The notes under the pieces: model-generated | What the model was told of the DNA's origin: nothing | The model's database searches: none | Seen by the model: only the letters and a program-made list of their open reading frames with translations | Source: Macrostomum lignano | Lineage: Eukaryota | Direction: 5' to 3' | Assembly: GCA_002269645.1 (NCBI GenBank) | Contig: NIVC01003442.1 | Span: forward strand, 1 to 36,891 | DNA: 36,891 nt | In this document: positions 11,278-23,065 of the stretch, one piece after another | How the letters are laid out: each line of letters starts with the position of its first letter | How positions within the stretch are numbered: position 1 is the first letter of the stretch | Program-made: the position numbers and the translations under genes

Positions 11278-11562
11278 TCAAGCCACGTACTGATAGTAGT
11301 GCCTGTCCTGATCGGACCGCTTGATATAGTCTCGATCCATCAGGTGCTCAATTCGGCTCTTAATCGCTTGAGGAGTGGGAGTGAACCGCGATTTGAGCTG
11401 TTCAATCACCTGAGCAATCAGGTAATTGTGAGACAGAGTCTGCCTGGCCTTCATTATGCGCACAATGGCCGCTTCGATTTCGTATTTGCGATCTTCATCA
11501 ACTTTAATGCGGGTCTCGCGGCGCTCGGGTTCCGTTTCTTTGACGCCGCCGCTGGGCGCCAC
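11278..11562 (-). CDS. CUL3: CUL3 exon 5 (neddylation/winged-helix domain)
   Basis: Acceptor GCCAAG|GTG (AAG-type, so the boundary is slightly uncertain). Reads [30 protein letters not shown]...YQYVA*. Confidence 0.93.
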   Translation of the reverse strand: MAPSGGVKETEPERRETRIKVDEDRKYEIEAAIVRIMKARQTLSHNYLIAQVIEQLKSRFTPTPQAIKSRIEHLMDRDYIKRSDQDRHYYQYVA

Positions 11563-13440
11563 CTTGGCGGAGGGGAATCGGAGTTTATCCATGAAGGGAA
11601 TTTATCCAAGATGGGAATTTTATCCCATTTATTCAAGAGGGGAATTTATCCCATTTATCCAAGAGGGGAATTTATCCCATTTATCCAAGAGGGGAATTTA
11701 TCCCATTTATCCAAGAGGGGAATTTATCCCATTTATCCAAGAGGGGAATTTATCCCATTTATCCAAGAGGGGAATTTATCCCATTTATCCAAGAGGGGAA
11801 TTCATCCCATTTATCCAAGAGGGGAATTTATCCCATTTATCCAAGATTGGTAACTTATCCCATTTATCCAAGAGGGGAATTTATCCCATTTATCCAAGAT
11901 TGGTAACTTATCCCATTTATTCAAGAGGGGAATTTATCCAAGAATTTTATCCAATAGAGGAATTTATCCAAGAAGGAAATTCATCCGAGGGGAATTCATC
12001 CAAAAGAAGAAATAATCCAAGAGGGGAATTAATACAAGAGGGGAATTTATCCAAGATGGGAATTTAGCTAAGAGGGGCATATCAATGAGGCGAATGTATC
12101 CAAGAGGGGAGTTTATTCAAGATGGGAATTTATCCCATTTATCCAAGAGGTGAATTTATCCCATTTATCCTAGATGGAATTTATCCTATTTATTCAAGAG
12201 GGGAATTTATCCATGAATTTTATCCAATAGGGGAATTTATCCAAGAAGGGAATTCATCCAAGAGGGGAATTCTTCCAAGAGGGGAATTTATCCAAGATGG
12301 GAATTTAGCTAAAAGGGGAGTGTATCCATGAGGGGAATTTATTCAAGATAGGAGTTTATCCATGATCGGAATTTATCCCATTTATCCATGAGGGGAATTC
12401 ATCCAAGATGGCATTTATCCAAGAGAATAATTTATCAATAAGGGGAATTTATCAAAGAAGGTGATTTATCCGAGACGGGAATTTATCCATGAGGGGAATT
12501 TATCCATGATGAGGGGAATTTATCCATGAAGGGGAATTTATCCATGAGGGGAATTTATCCATGAGAGGAATTTATCCATGAGGGGAATTAATCGAAGATG
12601 GGAATTTATCTACGAGGAAATTTTACTTAAAAGGGAAATTTATCCGTTCGGGGACTTTTACCCAATAGGGGAATTTATCCAGTGAGTTATTAATGAGAAG
12701 AATTCAGACAAGATAATTCAGAGTAATAACAATTTACGTACTTAAACAGAAAAGGATATGCCAAATAGCCACTCACCTTAATCTTGACGTGACGCGAATA
12801 GAAAGCGTCATTGACAGTGAACTCGTCAGTGGAACTAATCTCTTTAGTTCGGGGCTCCTTATTTAGGAATCGCTGACTAGCCATCTTCTGCATGCAGAGA
12901 GCGCCTAGAGCTCGCTGCAAATCCTTCTCCGGAATGTTGGTCTCAGCCTGAAGCTGCTCAAACGTGATCTTCGGCCGCCTATTGAACTGAAGCAGCACCA
13001 CCATCTGGTAGGTGGACACGCTCAGGATGTAGCGACGGCGGGCGCCGACTGCTAAAGAATTGCTGGTCGAGGACGGCTCGTCAGCGGCTTCGGCTCCGCG
13101 GCCCGACGGCGGGGCGCCGCTGAAGGTGGCGGACAGATCAGCGGTGCCCATGTTTGGCTGCAGTGTGAGCTGCCTGCCGCTGTGCTTGCTCATGTAGAAC
13201 CGGTGGAACTGGTCGTACGCTTGCCGGGCCTCGTCTGGCAGAGCAACCTGCGGGAGTTGGCGGTGGGGAGGGCGTGGGATTAGTAGGGATAGTGGGGAGC
13301 TATTTATAGGTGACCACGGCACTGGGAATACTGGTTGGCCAACGAGACATACATAAAGACAGACACACAGACAGGCAGGCAGGCAGGCAGACAGACAGAC
13401 AGACACTAAGACAGACAGACAGACAGACAGACACTAAGAA

Positions 13441-13477
<37 letters not shown>

Positions 13478-13480
13478 CTA

Positions 13481-13517
<37 letters not shown>

Positions 13518-16500
13518 CTAAGACAGACAGACAGACACTAAGACAGACAGACACTAAGACAGACAGACAGACACTAAGACAGACAGACAGACAGACACAC
13601 AGACAGACACTAAGACAGACAGACAGACAGACAGACACTAAGACAGACAGACAGACAGACACACAGACAGACAGACAAACAAACAGACAGACAGACACAG
13701 ACAGACAGACACTAAGGCAGACAGACAGACAGACAGACACTAAGGCAGACAAACAGACAGACAGAAAGCCAGGCAGACAGACAGACAGACAGAAAGCCAG
13801 GCAGACAGACAGACAGACAGAAAGCCAGGCAGGCAGGCAGGCAGGCAGACAGACACACAGACAGAAAAACAAACCAACCTTATTCTGAGTAGTCTGAGTG
13901 GGCCAGAAGCCGGTAGTGAGCACGCGCAGACCAAAGTCGATGCTACGCTGAGCACCAGCTCCGCCAGCCTGGCTCAAATAGTTGCCAAACTCTTCGTTGA
14001 GCATATTGCTCACGGTCATGTCCTTGAGCATGCCCTCCAGTTTGCTAGTGAACTGGCAGCCGCACTCGGCTTTGAGCTTGGAGATCATGGACTTCTCAGT
14101 GTCATCGGACGAGGACTTATTCAATATGAGCCGCTTAGCCAGGTGCTGTTTATAATACTTTTCAAACACGTCCTTCTCCTGCAGGTAGCGGAACAGCACC
14201 ATGCATTTGTCCAGCAACGGCTCGATTTCGTTATCGGCAGCGGCGCCGCGCGAGCCACGACGAAGCTTCTCGTCGATGAACAGAGACAGGTATTCGGGCG
14301 AGCGAACGTTTAAATTGACGAAGTATTCGAAATCGCTGCTAATCTGCTGTTTGAACAGCCTGTCGCGATTCAGAGCCTGAGCTAGTAGGCAATCGCAGCG
14401 ATCGCGCAGATCTAGTAGGGCCTGCGATGGGAGACAATGTGGGGTACCAGTATTCTAAGTGATTCTAAGATGATTCTGAGATGATTCTAAGTGGCGCCAA
14501 TCTGAGATGATTCTAGTGGCGCCAATCTGAAATTATTCTAGTGGCGCCAATCTGAGATGATTCTAGTGGCGCCAATCTGAAATTATTCTAGTGGCGCCAA
14601 TCTGAGATGATTCTAGTGGCGCCAATCTGAAATTATTCTAGTGGCGCCAATCTGAGATGATTTTAAGTGGCGCCAATCTGAGATTATTCTAAGTGGCGCC
14701 AATCTGAGATGATTCTAATTGGCGCCAATCTGAGATGATTCTAATTGGCGCCAATATGAGATGATCCTAAGTGGCGCCAATATGAGATGATTCTAAGTGG
14801 CGCTAATCCGAGATTATTCTAAGTGGCGACAATCTGTGATGATTCTAAGTGGCGCCAATCTGAGATGATTCTACTGGCGCCAATATGAGATAATTCTAAG
14901 TGCCGCCAATCTGAGATGATTCTAGTGGCGCAAATCTGAGACGATTTTGTGGCGCCAATCTGAGATTATTCTAAGTGGCGCTAATCTGAGATTATTCTAA
15001 ATGGCGACAATCTGAGGTGATTCTAAGTGGCGCCAATCTAAGATGATTTTAGTGGCGCCAATATGAGATGATTCTAGTGCCGCCAATCTGAGATGATTCT
15101 AGTGGCGCCAATATGAGATGATTCTAGTGCCGCCAATCTGAGATGATTCTACTGGCGCCAATCTGAGATGATTCTAAGTGGCGCCAATCTGAGATGATTC
15201 TAGTGGCGCCAATCTGAGATGATTCTAAGTGGCGCCAATCTGAGATGATTCTATGGCGCCAATCTGAGATGATTCCAGTGACGCCAATCTGAGATGATTC
15301 TAGTGGCGCCAATCTGAGATGATTCTAGTGGCGCCAATCTGAGATGATTCTAGTGGCGCCAATCTGAGATGATTCTAGTGGCGCCAATCTGAAATGATTC
15401 TATGGCGCCAATCTGAGATTATTCTAGTGGCGCCAATCCGAGATGATAAAAAGTGGCGCCAATATTAGATCTTATCTAGAGATGGTTATAATTAGCGCCA
15501 GTTCAATATTCTAGTGGCGCCAATCTTGAAAAAGTACGCGGCACCCCTAAGAACACACAAACCTGAACATAGGCAGACGGCTCCCTATTCTCTTCGGCCA
15601 CAATAGCCTTGCCCTGTTCGCGCAGGTAGGTGCTGATACAGTCTGTCATAATCTTCACACCATCTGGCACTCTCTGCAGCAGCCGGTACATGCAGTGAAT
15701 ATCCTCGTGTTTATCAGCGCGAAGCATTGACACTAAGCCAGACGATTCCATTTCGACTATAGTTCGCATATGCCTACTAATCAGTTCCTCTTCTAGTACG
15801 GCAATGATCTTCGGCTCTGTGCTGCGATCCAAATAGTGCCTGGCCCGTTCCATCTCTTCAGCCATCCTGCTCTCAACCTTTTTGATGTACAGGCTGGCCG
15901 AGCAGTTCTCAGCTAGGAAGTCGTCGCTTTCGCTGCGATAAAAGTCGCGCGACTGTTTGAGAAACGCCTGCTCAAAGTCTTCTTCGTAGACCTGGAATTG
16001 GAAATTGGCGAGATTGAGATTAATGCTTAGATTATCAATAGATTCCCCTCTAGTATGATAACTTTAGTGTGATCCCAATTCTTCCCAATTTGTATAGTAT
16101 GACAATGGGGTAGTTACTGTGTGATCCCAATTCTTCCCAATTTGTATAGTATGACAATGGGATAGTTACTGTGTGATCCCAATTCTTCCCAATTTGTATA
16201 GTATGACAATGAGATAGTTACTGTGTGATCCCAATTCTTCCCAATTTGTATAGTATGACAATGGGATAATTACTGTGTGATCCAAATTCTTCCCAATTTG
16301 TATAGTATGACAATGGATAATTACTGTGTGATCCCAATTCTTCCCAATTTGTATAGTATGACAATGGGATAATTACTGTGTGATCCCAATTCTTCCCATT
16401 TGTATGACATGATAGATAATGACATAATTACTCGTGATCCCAATTCTTCCCTATAATCCTTATAGGGTCTGATTCCCATCATAAATAAGTGAGATAGCTT

Positions 16501-17155
16501 CATGTTACCGCATCATTACCTGCAGCGAGTCCACGCCCAGCTGGCACAGCATATTACAGGCGTCCTTGATCTGGCTGCGCGCAATGGACTCACCCCTGCG
16601 CTCCCTAGCAACCATCTCCAGCAGGGTATTGCGCAGGTGCTCGCACACAACCGGATGCCTAACAACTTGCTCTTTGAAGACGGTCAGGCCCATATTGTAC
16701 ACGGACGGCAGGTTCTGCTGGTTAACGTACACCCGATCCATGTACATGAGAATGTCGCGAATCATCACCATAGCAGTCTGGTGGTCTTTCCACAGCGAGT
16801 TCAGCGTGGCCAGAAAGACATTATTAACGCTGGCCAGAACGTCGTCTTTAATTTTAGCCATGTGCTCGGCGACCACGTCTCTGGTGCCTGAATAGAGCTT
16901 CTCGCCGTATTTGTGCAACACCAAAGTGTAGGCGTTGCGGTAGAGCTCTTCAAAGCTTAATCCGCTATTGTTCTTCTTTTGAATTTCTTGGATAGCTCGT
17001 TTCAGCTGATCCCAGATTTGATTAACGTAGCGTTCGTCCATAGACATTGGAAACGCTTTGATACGCATCTTGGAATAACTGTTATTGCTGCCGCCTCCGC
17101 TGCCACCGCCGCCACTGGCGCCGCCGCCAATTGCATTTGGCGCATTGCGATTCAT
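11278..17155 (-). CDS. CUL3: Cullin-3, spliced gene, 5 exons (16520-17155, 15563-15991, 13879-14421, 12777-13247, 11278-11562), ~787 aa
   Basis: All junctions are GT-AG, phase 0 and in frame. CUL3-specific N-terminus [15 protein letters not shown]...[15 protein letters not shown], cullin domain [16 protein letters not shown], and neddylation motif [10 protein letters not shown]. Confidence 0.97.
11585..12685. repeat. 26-bp (GAGGGGAATTTATCCCATTTATCCAA) / ~13-bp subunit array in CUL3 intron 4
   Basis: Homogeneous near 11640-11900, degenerate GGGGAATTTATCCA units beyond. Confidence 0.95.
12777..13247 (-). CDS. CUL3: CUL3 exon 4
   Basis: Acceptor CCGCAG|GTT. Reads VALPDEAR...[18 protein letters not shown]...[13 protein letters not shown]...RHVKIK. 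Donor AAG|GTGAGT. Confidence 0.96.
13355..13865. repeat. (GACA)n microsatellite with periodic CACTAA interruptions in CUL3 intron 3
   Basis: Directly visible. Confidence 0.96.
13879..14421 (-). CDS. CUL3: CUL3 exon 3
   Basis: Acceptor TCGCAG|GCC. Reads ALLDLRDR...[13 protein letters not shown]...[13 protein letters not shown]...[15 protein letters not shown]. Donor AAG|GTTGGT. Confidence 0.96.
14455..15520. repeat. 24-25-bp minisatellite (GTGGCGCCAATCTGAGATGATTCTA) in CUL3 intron 2
   Basis: About 40 copies; palindromic core TGGCGCCA. Confidence 0.96.
15563..15991 (-). CDS. CUL3: CUL3 exon 2
   Basis: Acceptor TTCCAG|GTC. Reads [11 protein letters not shown]...YIKKVE...EPSAYVQ. Donor CAG|GTTTGT. 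Confidence 0.96.
16060..16490. repeat. 52-bp minisatellite in CUL3 intron 1
   Basis: About 7 copies of TGTGTGATCCCAATTCTTCCCAATTTGTATAGTATGACAATGGGATAGTTAC. Confidence 0.95.
16520..17155 (-). CDS. CUL3: CUL3 exon 1
   Basis: MNRNAPN...[19 protein letters not shown]...[16 protein letters not shown]...GVDSLQ. Donor CAG|GTAATG. Confidence 0.96.
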
Positions 17156-17239
17156 GCTGGGCCTAGCAGCGACGCATCAATTTTAGAAATTAAAATATGC
17201 TAATACTAGCGTCTGGGTGTTTATTAGCTTGGGTTGTGG

Positions 17240-17955
17240 ATGCCAATTGGCTTTGCAATGGGGAGTTGCTGAGATGCCAATTAAATGACTCAATGGGGAG
17301 TGGCTGAGATGCCATTGCCAATTGACTCAATGGGGAGTGGATGAGATGCCAATTGGCTCACTGGGGAGTTGCTGAGATGTCAATTGGCTCAATGGGGAGT
17401 GGATGAGATGCCAATTGGCTCAATGGGGAGTGGATGAGATGCCAATTGGCTCAATGGGGAGTTGCTGGGATGCCAATTGACTCAATGGGGAGTTGCTGGG
17501 ATGCCAATTGGCTCAATGGGGAGTTGCTGGGATGCCAATTGGCTCAATGGGGAGTTGCTGAGATGCCAATTGACTCAATGGGGAGTTGCTGAGATGCTAA
17601 TTGGCTCAATGGGGAGTTGCTGAGATGCCAATTGGCTCAATGGGGAGTTGCTGAGATGCCAATTGGCTCAATGGGGAGTTGCTGAGATGCCAATTGGCTC
17701 AATGGGGAGTGGCTGAGATGCCAATTAAATGACTCAATGGGGGTGGCTGAGATGCCATTGCCAATTGTCTCAATGGGAAGTTGCTGAGATACCAAGATTG
17801 GCTCAATGGGGAGTGGCTGAGATGCCAATTGGCTCAATGGGGAGTTGCTGAGATGCCAATTAAAACACTCAATGGGGAGTGGCTGAGATGCCATTGCCAA
17901 TTGGCTCAATGGGGAGTGGCTGAGATGCCAATTGGCTCAATGGGGAGTTGCTGAC
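17240..17955. repeat. 31-bp minisatellite (GCCAATTGGCTCAATGGGGAGTTGCTGAGAT) upstream of the CUL3 ATG
   Basis: About 22 copies; palindromic core GCCAATTGGC. Confidence 0.96.
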
Positions 17956-19151
17956 ACTAACTGCTCAAAAAGAGAAGCACAATAGGTTTTTTATCTTAAG
18001 TAATAAGGTATTGGCTAAATTCATAAACAAAGAAATGATAATGAAATGGTAAATATACAGCAAAAAAACTTGCCACAGTTAGAAAAATCCAAAAAAAGTT
18101 ATAAATTTATTGGTATTTTTTATTATAATTAGAAGCAAAAGGCTTCTAGGAAAATGCAAAATAATATTTTTTACTAACTATAGCCAGTTTTCTTAATTTG
18201 TTTTTTCTCTGTTAGTAGATAAAATTCAACATACTAGAAGTTGTTTCCTGACTATGGGCAACAAAGTGAACCTGTTAAAAAAAGTAAAAACAATGAGAAT
18301 TCTTTCAAAATTTCAAGTGTATATAATGAAAAGGCTAGTTTAAATTGAATGTTAAAAGTTTGTTATTCTAGCTCTGCATTTTTTATCTCAATGAAAACTA
18401 GATATATATATTTAATTCATAAGTTTTTTCTCAATGAAAATATATTTTTATCTCTTTAAAATAATTCATGTTTGCTTTTTATTCTATATAAATGCCTTTA
18501 AATAGAAAGGCATTGTTATCTTGTTTTTTATTATCAAGAAAAGAATATTTTTATTCAAATTAGCCTTTTGTATTGACAAAACACAGGCAAGTCTTAGGAT
18601 CTTTATTAGAGTTTCCATTCCTTACTATAATAGCATCTCTATTGCACAGAAAATATAGAACATTTTTGCTAAGGTTTGGCAACTTTATCTTTATTAAATT
18701 TATTTTTATTTATAGATAAGGGCTAAAAAAGCTATTGCATTTTTAGTGTCTATTAGAAATTAAACTTAGGTGTATATACATCTATTCTATTATATTTTTG
18801 TTGCCTAAGACAAACTGACTTTAAAGTAAAGAAGGCTTGCTTGACAAGACTAAAAAGAATGATAACTTAGATTGTTATCCTTAGAATCTAGCTAGCTGCT
18901 AATCAAGTTTTAATTAAAAAGAATGATAGGACAAGTAGGCCCTATAAACCAAAATGTAAGAGAGGTCCATGTGGTCCCATTTGGTTTTTGGTATACCAAA
19001 AATTTCTTTTGGTTTTTAAAAATATCAATATATGCTACTTTGATGAATAGCTGCACTTAGAAACTCAAAGAATCAGTTTTTTATGCTCTAAAAAATGATG
19101 TCAGCCTTTGTAGATATAATCAATTTTGATTGCCTAGCTTAAGCCTTGAAC

Positions 19152-20177
19152 ATGGACTAGCCAAAATTCAAAACTTGTACTTTTATTCTATGAGTATAGG
19201 CTTGGATGCTTGGCCGCAGCTGCTACTTGATATATCCAAGGTGTTTAGAGAAGGTTATATATGAAGTATGAGCAACAGAACTGCTTAGCTTTGTTTCAAA
19301 TGGTTTAGGAGTAGAAACTAAGACCTTTTTAGATAAAGAATATGATGGCTAGCCTTCTATTCTGGATGACTAGATACTGTATGATCTGATTGTGGCCAAC
19401 ATGGCCACATCATGTGCCAACATCACTATCAAACTAGGGTGTAGTGAATCAATTGTCTGCAATCATTTGCAAGCCCTTGGCTTTACCAAGAAGCTGACAA
19501 AGTGGGTGTCACATCAGTTGTCACCAGAAAACAAGCAGATATAAGTGGAAATCTGCGGGACATTGCTGCTTTAGAATGAATATAATCCTTTCATTGACAA
19601 GATCATCACCTGCAATGAAAATTAGGTGTTCTATGACAATGCATGTCACTTTGCTAAGTGGTAATACCTAGGTGAAGTGGTTGGACAATCAGCAAAGTGG
19701 GAACTGCACCCAAAGAAGATCTTATGACAATGTGGTAGACAACATATAGTATGCTGCATATCAATTTCCTTCCATATGGGCAAACTATCATAGCCAACCA
19801 CTATAGCAGCTAGCTGTGTACTGTACACAAGAAACTACAGTAGAAGCAGCTGTCTGTTGTCAACTGCAAATTTATTTTGTTCTTACACAATAATTATAGT
19901 CACATATGGCTATTTGTACATATCAAATATTGGTAGAGCTTGGTTGGGATATTTTGCCAAATCTATCATATAGTCTAGAAATCTTCCCAAATGACTATTA
20001 TCTGTTTATTTTGCTAGCCAACTTGGCCAAGAAGAAATTTGCTAGCAACAAAGAGCTAAAGTTGAATATCATAAACTTCTTTGACTCAGATTGCTAAGTT
20101 TTACAAGAAGGGCATGCATTTTCTTATAGAAAAATAATATGTTTTAGATTCTTGAGGCAACTAGGGCTTATTTTGAA
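19152..20177 (+). pseudogene. Decayed Tc1/mariner (DD34D-type) transposase
   Basis: Translation across stops and frameshifts gives YEYRLG...CFKWFRS...GCSESIVCNHLQALGFTKKLTKWVSHQL (WVPHEL)...IITCNEN* (TCDEKW)...LHPKKI...LHNN (HDNA)...ELGWDILPNLSYSLEIFPNDYYLF (YSPDLAPSDY)...FYKKG. Many in-frame stops. No TIR pair identified. Confidence 0.88.
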
Positions 20178-22349
20178 AAGCAAAAAGTTGCTCAGCCACA
20201 GCTAAGCTGCTTGCAAAAAACATTAGTAAAACTGCAATACTAGTAATATCTATTTCATTTTTTCATTTTTTAGGTTTTATTCATTATACAATACTCAATA
20301 AAAAGGCTAGCCTAGCAAAAAATTATAGAAACATTTAATCACATTGCAATTAGAACAATCCTAATAATATTCAAATAATCTAGAGCTAAAATATTAGAGC
20401 TACAAATATGTTAGGCTTAGTGCAGAAATTGTACACATTACACACAAGCACAACATTAGGGGCTTAATTGCAAATCAAATAAATAACAAACAAAGGTCCA
20501 ATAGGCCCCCCTAAATGTCATATTAGCATTAGTATATTATCATTTGTAGCTTTATTCTAAACTTGGATTCATTTTAATTTTAAAGCTTTATATTATATAA
20601 TGAACTATGATATAGGCCTAGCTTAAGGCCTAGTTTGAATTAAAATTCTTATATTAATATTTAGCTAATTTAAATTCAATAGTTTGTGGCAGTGGATAAA
20701 TATTAGTCTTTGGTTAGAATGGCAAGTAGGCCTATGCCTAGGCTGTAAGGCCTATTAAAATTAGGCCTAGTGCTAGGCCTAACCTTGCTTAAAAACTGAC
20801 AGTCATTTTAGCCTAACTATAAAAATAGGCAAAAAAATCAGTTTACCATCAATTAGTAGCCTAGCAGTTATTACAAATACAATTAATTCAATACTTTTTA
20901 CTTAGTGACTTAGGGCCTTTTAAATGCTTTATCAGTGACTTAGTGCCTTTATTATCCTTTGAAACTATTTAGCTAGGCTAGGGCCTAGGGGTCAGAATCA
21001 AAAAAGAACAGAAAGAACTTAAAAATGGTAGGATAAAACTCAAAATTCATAACTAGGGCCTAATAAATAACATTTAAAACTTTTGACAAGTGTATTCTAT
21101 CTTGTATAATATTCTAGTGTATATAGGCCTATCACATATCAGCATATTAAGACATCCAATAAAACTCTTAATTGTCATCATTTCAATTCAGCATTTACTA
21201 TAAGCTAGGTAGGCTATTCTAGAGGCCCTAATAAAAGGATAAGCTCATTTAGGGTAAAGCTGCCTAGCATGTTTTGTTGGATAGGAAAAAAGACCGAAAT
21301 TCTGTCACAAGCTGACACGGCTGTAGTGACATGGCATAGGGCCTATTTGGATGCATATTCAAATATAACCTGGACTAGCGGAATGGGCATTCGCGCCTTC
21401 CCGCTGTGTCTCCCCGGGACAGCCCTGCAGCTAAGGGCTTGCTTTTTTGAATTATTGGTTTTTGTTGGCAGATTGATTAGGCCTAATGCCTCCCACCACG
21501 GTGGCACCACCACCACGATAAATGTAATTGACGTTGTCAATATTTTTAAACGAACTTTACTAACAAAACCGTACAGTCATTTTTTTCATTTATAGGCCTA
21601 AATTTCAGAAAACTTGAAGTTTTATGTCTCAATGAGCAAAAATTACCTGTAAAAAATACAAGCGATTCAGAATATAATTCCTAATTGTTAAAACGTTTAC
21701 AAACAACTGTATTTAAAATTAAAAGTGTGCATTCTTCGAAATATCACTAAAAACAAAAGCAGCCTTGATGGCTTTCTCCTTGATTGATTATATGGGTATG
21801 TGATTAGCCTAAGCCTAGGGCCTACCTAGAAATTCTAGAATTGTTGTCGTCATTTTGTAACCATAATTTAAGGCTTCTTTGTTCTAACATGCATGTTAGC
21901 ATGTAAGATGATTGAAAATAATAAGGGGTTATTAGGCCAAAACCAGAAGGTTCTTTATGGCCTAGTTTTTTTGGCTAGAATTCTATAGTATTTTACAGTA
22001 TTACCATTATTTTCTTATATACTATTACTATGGCCTACAGGACCAATCTATCTATATGAATATACCTTATAGCCTAGGCTACTGGCCCTAAGCCTATGGC
22101 TATTAAGCGTGCTATAGCTACAAGTCCCAGTTTTATATATGTCTTGGTCCACTAGCAGTGCTGGGCGTTAACTAGTTAATTGTTAAACTAGTTAATTTTT
22201 TTAATTGGTCAATTTCATTTAATTTTTTATGTATTAACTAGTTAACAAAAATCATTAAATTTTTTCTGTAAGTTAAAGTTAAATGACAAAAGTTACTTAT
22301 TTCTTTGTTAAATTATTTATTCTTTCATAGGAGTTTTTCTTTAATTTTT

Positions 22350-22605
22350 TGTTAAAATGAGAAGAAAGAAAGAGAGTCCTGAGTCAAAAAAGGAAAAGAG
22401 AAGAGTACAAGAAGAGAGAGGTAAGATCAAGAACATATATGAATAAAGATGACAGATGAAAGAAGGGAATTGAGAGAGCAGAAATGAGAGTGAACAGACA
22501 AGAGATGGGAGAGTAGAAAAAAAAGAGAAGAGATAAGAAATAAGAGATAAGAGGTGGAGACAAGGGAGAGATGAGAAGTGAGTGAGGAGAGAGGAGGGGA
22601 GGAGA
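22350..22605. repeat. GA-rich low-complexity tract inside the hAT element (resumes 23066-23345 after the nested MITE)
   Basis: Purine-dominated plus strand. Confidence 0.85.
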
Positions 22606-23065
22606 CTAGGATGGAATTCTTGCACAAAAATTGCAACGCGTTTTTGCATTTCGGAAAAAAATTGCAAAAAATTGCGCACCTGTACAAGCTACAAAAAATG
22701 CGACAAAAATTGCCAATTATTTTGCGACTGCTTGCACAGTTTAAATTACTGATTTTACAGTATTAAATGTAGAATTTACAAAAACGTAACATTTTATAGT
22801 TTGTTATTTACGAACTGTTTAAATTTAAATTTTTTTACTTAAAAAACAAAGATAATCAGTGTTCTATTTATTGTAACAAGTCGTCTAAAAATGAGAATAT
22901 GAGACTATTGCAAAACATTATTTTGACAATTGGTAATGCCAAAAATTGCACCACTAAATTTTGTTTAAGATTGTAAAAATTGCATTTGGTTCAATATGTA
23001 ATTGCGCACCGAAAAAAAGTTGCAATTTTCCGTTTTATATGCCAGATGCAAGAATTCCATGCTGG
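22606..23065. mobile_element. hAT-type MITE (460 bp) nested in the 2.3-kb hAT element
   Basis: 14-bp perfect inverted core ATGGAATTCTTGCA (22611-22624) / TGCAAGAATTCCAT (23047-23060). 8-bp TSD GGAGGAGA at 22598-22605 and 23066-23073. Internal TTGCA/TGCAA motifs. Confidence 0.8.

Noticed and set aside
13040-13130. Low-complexity insert in CUL3 exon 4 ([20 protein letters not shown])
   Set aside because: It corresponds to the known variable loop of CUL3; not novel.
20345-20366. …AACAATCCTAATA as the right TIR of the mariner
   Set aside because: It resembles a TATTAGG mariner end, but I could not find a matching left TIR.
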